From positions 1-56,335 of the forward strand of contig MRSU01008419.1 in assembly GCA_008369845.1 (NCBI GenBank): a stretch of 56,335 bases of DNA, in the 5' to 3' direction. The notes under the pieces were generated by a model. It searched no databases. It had not been told where the DNA came from and worked only from the letters and a program-made list of their open reading frames with translations. Numbering within the stretch: the first letter of the stretch is position 1; every line of letters begins with the position of its first letter. The DNA comes from Trichomonas gallinae. Taxonomy: Eukaryota. The translations under genes and the position numbers were made by a program. Below, in pieces: positions 41,711-51,659 of this stretch.

Positions 41711-43534
41711 ATGGATCAAGTGCGAAGCAGTCTATCCAGGTTGACTGGGCCCAAGATTATACAGCCGATGGTCAACAGCAAGAACACACGGCCACCCCCA
41801 CAATCGGATTGCGAAAATTTAACATTCGAAGACAGTAAATCTCTAAAATCAGTCGATTCTACTGAAGGCATCGCGCTTATTAAGACTCATAGAATGATTC
41901 AGATCCCTGTGGCTGATACTGGATCAAATATACAGCATTTCCACAGCGTTTCCAGTCAATTCTTCGATTTGAATATGCCGATTAAATTTACAGTTGAGCC
42001 AAAACTAGAAGATACACCATTGGCGAAACTGAATGCTCTATTCCTGTCTAAATGCAACATGTGCTGCCAAATTTGCAATTTCAACGATCCAGAAATTCAA
42101 AAAGAGGATAAACAACAGAAAACAGAGATCCTCCAGGATATAATGAAAACCATATGCAACATGGAGGTTATCGCTCAGCTTACGGAAGCGGAATATCACG
42201 CTGTCTACAAGATGTTTATAAAAAATGTTATAAGAACATCTCCTGCTGCACCGCCGCTATGGTTCTCACCAATAAATACAGATCTTTGCCAGGAAATGGT
42301 CGAAGAGGCTGCCTGGCCACATTTAGCTTTATGTTATGATATATTGATTTCGTTAATTTCGAGTCCGAAGTTTTATCCAACGAATTGTCCGAAAGAAGTT
42401 AACACTCTAGCAAAATCGATCGTTGAAATCTTCCATTCGCCAGATTCTCGTGAAAGAGACAAACTTATGAAATTATTCCACACATTTTACAGAGTATGCA
42501 GCAAGCACAGATCAATAATGCGTCAGTCAGTCTACAGGTTCTTGAATGACTACTTGGAAGGTGCTTTTCTTGCTGTTGGAGTCAGCGAATTATTAACAGT
42601 TACGTTTTCCATCGTGAGTGGCTTAAAAGTTCCACTCCACGAGGAATACACGGACTTCTTCACCAACAACATCGTACGCTTGCACGGAGATCCTTTAACT
42701 TTGCAGTTCCAGCGTCAATTATTTAATTTAGTCAATACTTTCTGCGTGAAGCAGGCAAGTTTATCATTCGAGCTTCTCGCATATCTTAGGAGGCACTGGC
42801 CTTCGACGTCTCCAATGAAAGAAGTGCTTTTCTTATCGGAAATCGAAAATTTAATCCAATATATTCCAGTATCAGGGGCCCATGAGCAGATAAACCATCT
42901 CATTACAGTCGTTTCCCTCTGCTCGTGTAGCGACAATTTCGCAGTTGCAGAAAGAGCCTTGATGATGTGGACGAACGAAAATTTTGCCAATCTTATCTTA
43001 GCATATTCGACGACAACTTTTCCGAAACTGCTGCCTGCTCTGTTCAAGACTGCCAACTACCACTGGAACCAGTCCGTCTGCACACTCGCCGTCTACGTCC
43101 TGAGAACACTCAAAGGCGGCGACACGCAGACTTTCGACGAAATCGGCGCGAAGATGAAGAACGCCGAGAGCGAAAGAATAGTCAAAGAGATCGAAAGAGG
43201 CCACACTTGGCAGAGGATATTGAACCAGCACGCAGAGAGCGACGAGCACCGTGACCATGTCCTTGAAGAGATCGCGAGGACATATATAGGCAACGAGAAC
43301 GCGCTGAAGAAGCAGCAGGAGAAGGAGAAGGCGAGTCAGCCGCTCAATCTTCAGCTGCACACTCTGCAGGCGAACTCCAGCAAGGTCTTGAGTCCGGTGA
43401 AGTCGATCGGGAGTGCCTTCCACGGCGCTGCGCTCAATCATCGCACGTCGCAGGGCAACTTAGTGCCGAAGAAATTGGGGGACTTGCCGCCTCCGAGATT
43501 GGTCGCGGGAAAAAGAAAGAAGTACACAATTTAA
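41711..43534 (+). CDS. PP2A regulatory subunit B56 (B') family
   Basis: EEAAWPHL, FHSPDSRERD, VSELL, PLHEEY, HWPSTSPMKEVLFLSE, NFAVAERALMMW and HWN motifs. First ATG at 41711. Confidence 0.92.
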   Translation: MDQVRSSLSRLTGPKIIQPMVNSKNTRPPPQSDCENLTFEDSKSLKSVDSTEGIALIKTHRMIQIPVADTGSNIQHFHSVSSQFFDLNMPIKFTVEPKLEDTPLAKLNALFLSKCNMCCQICNFNDPEIQKEDKQQKTEILQDIMKTICNMEVIAQLTEAEYHAVYKMFIKNVIRTSPAAPPLWFSPINTDLCQEMVEEAAWPHLALCYDILISLISSPKFYPTNCPKEVNTLAKSIVEIFHSPDSRERDKLMKLFHTFYRVCSKHRSIMRQSVYRFLNDYLEGAFLAVGVSELLTVTFSIVSGLKVPLHEEYTDFFTNNIVRLHGDPLTLQFQRQLFNLVNTFCVKQASLSFELLAYLRRHWPSTSPMKEVLFLSEIENLIQYIPVSGAHEQINHLITVVSLCSCSDNFAVAERALMMWTNENFANLILAYSTTTFPKLLPALFKTANYHWNQSVCTLAVYVLRTLKGGDTQTFDEIGAKMKNAESERIVKEIERGHTWQRILNQHAESDEHRDHVLEEIARTYIGNENALKKQQEKEKASQPLNLQLHTLQANSSKVLSPVKSIGSAFHGAALNHRTSQGNLVPKKLGDLPPPRLVAGKRKKYTI

Positions 43535-44402
43535 TGGATGTATTGTTTTTATAGTAAAATAAATTTTGACTATGTTATTGTATACGAAATATAATGTATT
43601 TTTGCAATTTTAATAATCTTGAAGGAAAAATCAAAACTGTTTTGTTGTCATTGTTTTTTTTTTTTTTGTGTGTTTGCATCTATTCCAGGAACTATCATAA
43701 GGAATCTGATAACTTCATGATGTCTATTTTTTGAAAAAATAATTTCAAATTATTGCATTGATATTATAGAAGTTTCCCAAGATTCATTATACTAGGGAAT
43801 ATGTAAATTGATGAATTTATCCAGAAAATATAGGGATTTCTCCTTTATTTTGATATGATTTTGATTTTTTTTCATTTTTGAAGGGTGTCTTTATGTGAAA
43901 AATCATCTCTCACTTATATAAGAAATAATGATAGAAACAAAATTTATCAAACTTCAAGAATGAAATTTGAATTGATGATTATATAATAATTCTGGAATTG
44001 ACTACAAAATTTTAAAAATGTTCATAAAGATTATAACATTTCAAATGCTCTAAAAAAACAAAAATGATATTTTATCTATTGATTTTTTCTTATTCGTGTT
44101 ATATTAAAAAAGGAGAAAATAGTTTGACTTAAATATTGGCAGTAAAAGATTTAGTCGGTATAAAAAGACATATTATGCAAGTTTATTATCGGCCAAAGTA
44201 AATATTGCTTAGAACCAAATCTAATCTCAAAAGTTCAACAATATTTATCACCTATTTTCATAATATACATATAAAAATCAATAATTTTGATGTTATTGAA
44301 ATTTGATTGAATTTCTCAAAATTTCGTAGTGAATTGGCATTTTCAGGCTGCCACACATCCGAATCAACCACATTTTCGATACGAAAAATCACAAAAATAT
44401 TT

Positions 44403-47369
44403 ATGAGTCACGAGGAGCTTAAAGAGTTCAAGATGGACCAAGCTTACTCGCTTGATGCTCACGCTGACCACCTCCTCGCCAGCCTTTATTCAGTCAAGAA
44501 AGCACTGGCTGAATACGAAGCAGATTTCTTCAATTCGAAAATTAATTCGCAAATTATTGATGCTATTAAGCGTGGGAAGTCAGTGAATGACCCTAAATTC
44601 CAAATTGGACACGATAAGGTTATGAGAATTGGCACAACTCTTCGCCAATCTTATATAACAATTTGTCACTTCCAAAAATTCCAAAATAACTGCTTACACA
44701 CACTCCTTGATGCACAAGATGCTTCAAGATCCTTTAATCTTCAATGGAACTCAGAATTTATTATTCCTCTAATTAGAATATTTGTGAAATACATCAAAAT
44801 ACATCTAATGATCTCACAAATCAAGAATATCAAAAATGTACCGATTCTTTATTATTACTGCAAGAACTCAATCGAAAGAGATGATTGGAACTCTCAAATT
44901 CTCGAATTAAGCAAATATTTAGAAGGAAGAACATCATATACAATACTCGAGGCTGAGTTGCAGCCACTTGTTAAACGCTACGAAGAGGTTTGTATTACAA
45001 TCAAAAGCATTATTCACAACATTATCACAGCAGATTCGTCATCCAACTGGTCTTTTTACTCATTACTCGAGAATCCGCAAATTAACTCAGCAAGGAGCCA
45101 TTTCATGAACTTGGAATATTTCGTTGGTATGAATTTAGAATTATTTGCTGATTTTCTTGTATGCTTCTTTTTGGTCAATGTTCCTGCTGTAGCACAGTTT
45201 TCTGACCTTTTCTCAGACCTCTGTTCAGTCAGACCGATATTTCCTTTAATTGCAGATATTTCGATTCCTATAGCATCGATTTTTGACGCTTTGCACCGCT
45301 CAAGGACAAAGAGGGAAGACTTAAGCTCATCATTCTTCGACAAAGCAGCTTCTCAAGCCATCGCTGACAAAGATAAGAATTTGTATCGAATTAAGAAGAT
45401 AGAATCCTTAATCAGAGAGTACTGTTTAGCTGGTATGGCTGATATAAACGCGCTGTGCATGAAGATGCCTGTTTTCCTTTCACTTTTAGGCCAAGGATAT
45501 TTCTTTGTCACTTCTGGCTTGATGAAATCGAGAAATGACAGCAGTGTTCCACTTCATGACACAGTTGTCAGCCTTTTATCACAGATAATTCTCTCATATT
45601 TCTTAGTTCTGAAAAATCAGAGACAAATTAAGAGATTTTTCATCTACAACTTAAGAGAATACGATTATTCTTACTTGCTAAGCAATGTTACACTGCTCAG
45701 ACTCGAGAAACAGCTTTACGACAAAGTTACATTTTTAGCTCACAGTTTGGAGACGTTAGAAATAGATACATTCGACAAAGGTGAAGACTACGACACAATG
45801 CCAATTGTTTTCGTTGTCGGAGGCATCCAATCTTCTTTCAACAAATATTCAACAAATCACGGTGTAGTACATCTTCCTCCTTTGTTCCAGTTACTCGCAG
45901 AAGTCTCATTGCATGCTAGACTGACGAATTCTCCGCTGCATTTGATGTTCGAAGTCGCTCCTATCTACAAGTTTTGGTGCTTCAGGAATTTGCTCAAAAA
46001 TCACATCATTACTCGCTCGGAATCGCAAAACTCCAACACAATAAGCTTGATGGGCCTGGCTCACTTCTATATATATGACACAACGATCGGAGCTGAACAT
46101 TCAGTTTTCACGCAAAAGATAAACAAATACTATAATATCATGGAGAAAGCAGCGAGCGCGATGGTGACGAACTGGATCCACCAGCAGTGGAAACTTGAGA
46201 CATCTAAGAAAGCGCAGCCTAAAGAGTTAAGATTCGGCGAGAAAAGACTCGGAGAAGCTCTGCAGATTTTGGCTGACATCGGAATAATCAACATCATCGA
46301 CCAAAGGATTAATTTACTGCAGAGAATTCTCCCTGTCATCAAAGATGCTGTTCCAACAGTTTTAGAGCGCTCTAAAGGATTTATTCCTCCAGATCAGATG
46401 CTTGAACAGCTGAACTCTATGAGAAGCTTCTTCATGGCTCCTTTAATAGGCGTCGGTGTCAATCCTTACAAAGTTTTCAACGAAAACAAAGCTGAAATCA
46501 CTTCTGTTTTTATATCGATTGATCTGGGAGTTGCAGAAATTGATGGCAAAATGGGCAGAGTCATGCAGTTGTATTACGACGCGTACAAGAACTTTTTGAT
46601 GCAGGATATTACATCAACATATTATTCACCTGTTTTGAGAGCGTTTTTGGATGTTGATTCTCATCCTAAGATTTCGGCGCCAACAATTTTGTCATTTCCG
46701 GCTTTGAGAGCTCTCACACAGGTTCTATCCAAGGATTGCATGAAGGCCATTGACGCAATGTTCGCGCAGTGCGCAATAGAAGTCTTAACAAAAACAGCAA
46801 ACATCATTGAAGAGATGGCGACAGGCAATGATGTACAAGCATCAGCTGCCTGCACATCATTAATCCATGCCGCATCAATTTTGACTGCGAGAAAGATGCT
46901 GCTAGAGTCAATGAGCGATGTTCACGGAGAGTCAATTGATGATACTGAGTTTGTTAAGAGGATTGGACAGAGCTTGATTTTGCAGACATTCGACTCAAGA
47001 ACAATCGGACAAGTTTTCACACAGATTTTCTCTTGCAACTTTTGGAACAATCTTGCTTTTGATGCAGTTTCGGGTGGATTCACAAACGATGCTCATCTTA
47101 TGCCTGTTGTTATGGACGCAATATATGGCGCACTCAAGCTTATTAACCCACAGATCGACTTGTACGCGAAATACAAGAAGTTATTAGTCGCAATGATTCA
47201 AGGCATCAACCAGATAAGAAAGGAAGACAAAAAGCTTTTGATGTACATCCTCATTGATTTCTGCGTCAAAGATTCTCTTTACGCAGATTACTCAATGACC
47301 GCAGACCTGTTGCCTTACCAATTAATCAGGTCAGTGTATTCGGATATTCTCCAAATACAAAATCAGTAA
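44403..47369 (+). CDS. NAP1/HEM (NCKAP1)-like WAVE-complex subunit, divergent
   Basis: About 990 aa helical protein with segments recalling NCKAP1 (YIKIHLMISQI, SFPALRALTQVL, GGFTNDAHLM, DLLPYQLIRSVY). First ATG at 44403. Confidence 0.6.
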   Translation: MSHEELKEFKMDQAYSLDAHADHLLASLYSVKKALAEYEADFFNSKINSQIIDAIKRGKSVNDPKFQIGHDKVMRIGTTLRQSYITICHFQKFQNNCLHTLLDAQDASRSFNLQWNSEFIIPLIRIFVKYIKIHLMISQIKNIKNVPILYYYCKNSIERDDWNSQILELSKYLEGRTSYTILEAELQPLVKRYEEVCITIKSIIHNIITADSSSNWSFYSLLENPQINSARSHFMNLEYFVGMNLELFADFLVCFFLVNVPAVAQFSDLFSDLCSVRPIFPLIADISIPIASIFDALHRSRTKREDLSSSFFDKAASQAIADKDKNLYRIKKIESLIREYCLAGMADINALCMKMPVFLSLLGQGYFFVTSGLMKSRNDSSVPLHDTVVSLLSQIILSYFLVLKNQRQIKRFFIYNLREYDYSYLLSNVTLLRLEKQLYDKVTFLAHSLETLEIDTFDKGEDYDTMPIVFVVGGIQSSFNKYSTNHGVVHLPPLFQLLAEVSLHARLTNSPLHLMFEVAPIYKFWCFRNLLKNHIITRSESQNSNTISLMGLAHFYIYDTTIGAEHSVFTQKINKYYNIMEKAASAMVTNWIHQQWKLETSKKAQPKELRFGEKRLGEALQILADIGIINIIDQRINLLQRILPVIKDAVPTVLERSKGFIPPDQMLEQLNSMRSFFMAPLIGVGVNPYKVFNENKAEITSVFISIDLGVAEIDGKMGRVMQLYYDAYKNFLMQDITSTYYSPVLRAFLDVDSHPKISAPTILSFPALRALTQVLSKDCMKAIDAMFAQCAIEVLTKTANIIEEMATGNDVQASAACTSLIHAASILTARKMLLESMSDVHGESIDDTEFVKRIGQSLILQTFDSRTIGQVFTQIFSCNFWNNLAFDAVSGGFTNDAHLMPVVMDAIYGALKLINPQIDLYAKYKKLLVAMIQGINQIRKEDKKLLMYILIDFCVKDSLYADYSMTADLLPYQLIRSVYSDILQIQNQ

Positions 47370-47744
47370 ACTGTTGTTTTTAATTTTTTTTTTTGAAACT
47401 ATTTTGATATTACTCGCACTTAAAAACAGTATCTTTCACGAAATTGTTCATTCTAGTTAAACGTGCATTACGGAATTAGCTGAACCATTTTGACTCATAC
47501 TTGAAATATTATATATATAAGTTATATATAAGTATAAGTATATATAATAGGTATAAGTTTTTTAAAAAACCTAGATATTACACCTCTGTAGTTAATAGGA
47601 ACATGGCTTCTAATGATATATAAGGGATCTGCTGTTGATATTAAAAATTTGAATATTTGACTAATAAATTTTTATATGACAAAAATCAAATTTACATGAC
47701 ATATTGTCAAATTATTAATTGGAAAAATTCGTGACTTATTTTCG

Positions 47745-48632
47745 CGAGTTTCTGCCTTTATTATCATTGTCAGTAGCTACTTTATATGGATATATCGACC
47801 AAATTTGCCCAAATGCATTCTTAATTTTGAAGAAAACGAACAATTAAATACATCAATTTATATTGCGCAACTTATAGTATCTCAGCACAATCTCACACGC
47901 TTTTATACATCATATGCGATATGGGGAAAACAAATCGCGTTTCATTTTTCTAATTTAACTTATACAACAGTTTCAAGTCGAATTATATTGAATATTACAG
48001 GCAGAAGTTTGAGGTATTACATGCATGAGAAATGGAATATTTTGAATCGTGACTTACTTTACGGTAGTTATGTTTCTATAAAAGATTTCTTAGAAAATAC
48101 GAATTATTCATGGTATTTCAGGACGACAGACGATGTTTTAATCCATATTCCAAACTTCAAAAGGTTAATTAGCGATTTAGAGAATAAATATAATCCATTG
48201 AAAGATTTTGTGTTTAAAGGCCAATTATGTGGATCATATCTTCATGGAGGCCCAGGCTGGATAGTTTCGAGAGCATTAGCCGAAAAAATTGTACAAAAAT
48301 TGAATGATAAATATGATTCTCCTGATGATCTTGCTTTTTCGCAAATTGTTTCTGAATTTATGAAAAATCCAAGAGAATGGAACTCAGATAAGTTCGTTGC
48401 AACGCCATTACACAAATTTTCACTAAATATGATCGAAAATAACAGTTTTGATCAATTGCCTCCTTGTAGAACTCAAATATTTGCGAGAGTTAACGATATA
48501 GCAGTATGGCATGCTGGGGACCAAGATATGAGAGTTGTAACTCATGGAATCGATTTAATTGAAAAGCTTCCGAATTCTATTTACATTGGGAAATACTCTG
48601 ATTCTCATGCAGGATTTTGCCAACAAACATAA
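47745..48632 (+). CDS. GT31 (galactosyltransferase/fringe)-like type II membrane glycosyltransferase with a non-ATG 5' end
   Basis: WYFRTTDDVLI, YLHGGPGWIVSR and PDDLAF motifs. The frame is open upstream to a TGA at 47697 and encodes RVSAFIIIVSSYFIWIYRP (signal anchor). The first in-frame ATG is at 48021. The start coordinate given (CGA) is inferred. Confidence 0.75.
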   Translation, partial: RVSAFIIIVSSYFIWIYRPNLPKCILNFEENEQLNTSIYIAQLIVSQHNLTRFYTSYAIWGKQIAFHFSNLTYTTVSSRIILNITGRSLRYYMHEKWNILNRDLLYGSYVSIKDFLENTNYSWYFRTTDDVLIHIPNFKRLISDLENKYNPLKDFVFKGQLCGSYLHGGPGWIVSRALAEKIVQKLNDKYDSPDDLAFSQIVSEFMKNPREWNSDKFVATPLHKFSLNMIENNSFDQLPPCRTQIFARVNDIAVWHAGDQDMRVVTHGIDLIEKLPNSIYIGKYSDSHAGFCQQT

Positions 48633-48997
48633 CATAAATATATGTATATTATATATGATATTCTTCCACTAATCGCAACTTTCGATTTAACATCATAAAC
48701 TATTTCAATAATTACAATAAAAAACGTGGGTTGAACGAGTAATTTTCGAGATTAATATCGGTTTTTATATCCATATTTGACAGTATTTTCGTACTCTCCT
48801 AGGTGTAAGATTAATAAATTCTCTAATATATGCTTAATTGTTGGAAAAACCAAATCAATTCAATATGTTCAAATAATAAGATTGATGAATTTTACGAAAT
48901 ATATTGACTTAGGAATACAGCAATAAGATATATAATCAATATGGTATATAAAAAAGCAGTGACTTTTTGTTAGTTCTACGTCGAGAAAATTATTATG

Positions 48998-49390
48998 AGC
49001 AAAAGACTGATACAACAAAACAGCTTTGATTTGGGCTTCAACTAATGGTGATCATGTGGTTGTCAAACTACTTCTCACATTTCTTGGAATAGATGTCAAT
49101 TCAAAAGACTATTTATACAAGACAGCTTTGATTTATGCTACAGATAAAGGATATACAGAGGTTGTCAAGGTACTGTACATGGAATAAATGCCAACATAAA
49201 AAACTATTTAAAATCAAACAGCTTCAGTATATGATAATCCTGAATTTGTCAAGGTACTTATCACAGTACCTGGAATAGATGTTAACGCAAAAGTAGATTA
49301 CAACGATACAGCTTTGATAGGAGCTCCAGAAGAAGGTCATCATGAAGTTGTCAAGCTTCTTCTCAAAGTTCCTGGAATAGAGAAAAATTA
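48998..49390 (+). pseudogene. Ankyrin-repeat pseudogene
   Basis: KD*YNKTALIWASTNGDHVVVKLLLTFLGIDVNSKDYLYKTALIYATDKGYTEVVKVL, then a frameshift or deletion, then VKVLITVPGIDVNAK..DTALIGAPEEGHHEVVKLLLKVPGI. Confidence 0.85.
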
Positions 49391-49944
49391 ATATTAGTAA
49401 TACGAAAAATTTCATATCATCTTGTTTAAAATATTTTAAAAACAAGTCAAATGAATGAAATATCTAATAGTATAAATGAAATTATTTATATATCAAATCA
49501 AATTTGTTAGTTTTCCAAAATATAGAATATATTTTCGTGAATTTTTAAGTAATAAGCTATAATCTTTCTTCCAAACAAAAATATCAGTATATTATAACTA
49601 TATGAATGTAGTAATCTATAAAAGCTATAAAATTCAATTCATCTCAATACTAAGTTAATATTACAGTAGAATCTTTAGTATAAAACAACTATATTAGATG
49701 ATTGACTGATAAGGGAATAATAATTTTTATCTATTTACATATAAATTAATTAATTTTTTAAAAAATGAATTTTGCGCGGCAGTTGTTGAGAGTTAATGTT
49801 ATTATTAACTTACTTGAATATAATTGTTCAACAATGATTAACCTAAAAGTCTTGATTGCTTAAATTTGTAGCTATCTCAGTTGATATAAAATAAAAAAGC
49901 AAATCAAAGATAGATAGGTTTATAAACAAAGCTAATATAAAAAA

Positions 49945-50811
49945 TTACATATTATAATAAACAGCTGGGCGTTGAACGCCATCAATTTCGTTCTCGAATC
50001 CGTTATCGATGAGATATTGCAAAACATCTCTTCTGCGTCTGATAACGGCACAATCCATGAAGGATTCGTTATAAATACCGCTTTCTATGATATACTTAAT
50101 CATTGAAGTATTTCTAGATCTTAGGCATAGGTCAAAATCAGGCTCGAAATCATTCATCTGTTGAATAATCCACATGGCAATATCGTTTCTGTGGCATATT
50201 ATAGCATCTTTCAAATATTTATCGAAAGAAAATCCGCATTGGCTGATGTATTCTGCGATTTCAGGATTTCCACTGTAGACAGATCTCATTGCAGTCTCTT
50301 GTGTAATCTTGAAACCATTAAAATTCAAGAATTTGAAACATTCAGCAGCTCCAAAATAAGCAGCAGCATCAATGAGATTGAAATTCTCAGCAGTCCAGCT
50401 GTCTGCCTCGCAGAAGCTAACTTTCATATTATCAAAGTTTGGAAAAGTAGAAAATTGAATTAAACTTTCAATATCGTCATGTAGAATAGCATAACCAATT
50501 GATCCAACTGGGAAGATTGATGAAGATAACGTAATGCTTTCATCGGTGGCCTCAATGTTTCGAAGATATAGCTGCATTTCAAAATTTAATAATGATCTGT
50601 TAAGTTGAGGGAGAGCTTTAATTACCTCAGCGAAATACTGATAACAAAACCTTCTCTGATTGATCGCAGCTGGAATAATTGCACTAATCTGATCTTTTAA
50701 AGAATTCCATTTATTTGATAAAAGCTTAGCAACATCCTGATAATTGCATTCGTTAATGTTGAACAAGCCTTCTTCGATTTGTATAATGTCATCGATGTTT
50801 AATGAAGACAT
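49945..50811 (-). CDS. DUF3447/ankyrin-like protein
   Basis: YAILHDDIESL, LIDAAAYFGAAECFKFL, SVYSGNPEI and AIICHRNDIAMWI are signatures of the expanded trichomonad DUF3447 family. Confidence 0.85.
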   Translation of the reverse strand: MSSLNIDDIIQIEEGLFNINECNYQDVAKLLSNKWNSLKDQISAIIPAAINQRRFCYQYFAEVIKALPQLNRSLLNFEMQLYLRNIEATDESITLSSSIFPVGSIGYAILHDDIESLIQFSTFPNFDNMKVSFCEADSWTAENFNLIDAAAYFGAAECFKFLNFNGFKITQETAMRSVYSGNPEIAEYISQCGFSFDKYLKDAIICHRNDIAMWIIQQMNDFEPDFDLCLRSRNTSMIKYIIESGIYNESFMDCAVIRRRRDVLQYLIDNGFENEIDGVQRPAVYYNM

Positions 50812-51126
50812 CCCTAAAAAAAATAAAAAATGATTTTATAAATCAAACCGCTAAATTTTCTTTACAATTATGGCCATGTAACAACTCAAAAAGAGGAAAT
50901 TTGTCAGATAAAATTGAGAGGATATCTTTATAGATTTAGCATGTAGATATGCTATTAATCAACTTTTCACAAAATCATAAATTTATTGAAAAAACTATAT
51001 TATTTATAATCAAGTATATATAAATCTTCAATGAAATTCAATAAATCAAAGAAATTTACGACAAAGAAATCTAATATTATTGGGGTTTATAGTCATCATC
51101 GTTTTTATTGGAATCACCATGAATTT

Positions 51127-51191
51127 ATTCGAATAAAGTGAATTTGGAATAATGCAATAATTTGGAATTAAGTCGGCATTTGGAATAAAGT
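51127..51191. repeat. Degenerate ~18-bp tandem repeat (ATTTGGAATAAAGT core)
   Basis: Copies at 51127, 51142, 51160 and 51178. Confidence 0.55.
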
Positions 51192-51659
51192 TCAATTATT
51201 ATGGAAGATGGGCCAATGACATTATAGTATCACCACGCAATGTCGTTCAAAGATTCAATGCCCTTTCCTGAGGAAGTATACAATTTTATTAAAGATAATG
51301 CATATTTCACAAAATAAGAACATGCATAAACGATGACATAGAAATGGAAACAAAGGATTATAGCTTCAAGATCCCAGATTTATCTCGAGTAAAAGATGAT
51401 TTCGAAAAGTCACAGATAAAATCCCAAACGATATAAAATGGAAACATTTGCTTATCAATGGTTATTTTGAAAATTTAACTCAGCGAGAACTCAAAGCTGA
51501 AGGAAATAGTTAATGAAAAGCTCATACAATATTTCATCCGTATCTTTATTTACATTATTCTAATATGGTGCATAATAAAATTTTTATAATTGATGTTGTA
51601 TATTAAAAATTTCATTTTTATCAACAATAACAAAACATTGATATTATAGTGATTATAGC

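Noticed and set aside
47505..47560. TATA/TAAG low-complexity tract
   Set aside because: Ordinary AT microsatellite-like sequence.
47690..47810. Spliceosomal intron as the explanation for the missing ATGs
   Set aside because: No GTATGT-type donor or ACTAAC..CAG branch/acceptor is visible upstream of any of the three ATG-less genes. cDNA is still needed to exclude it.
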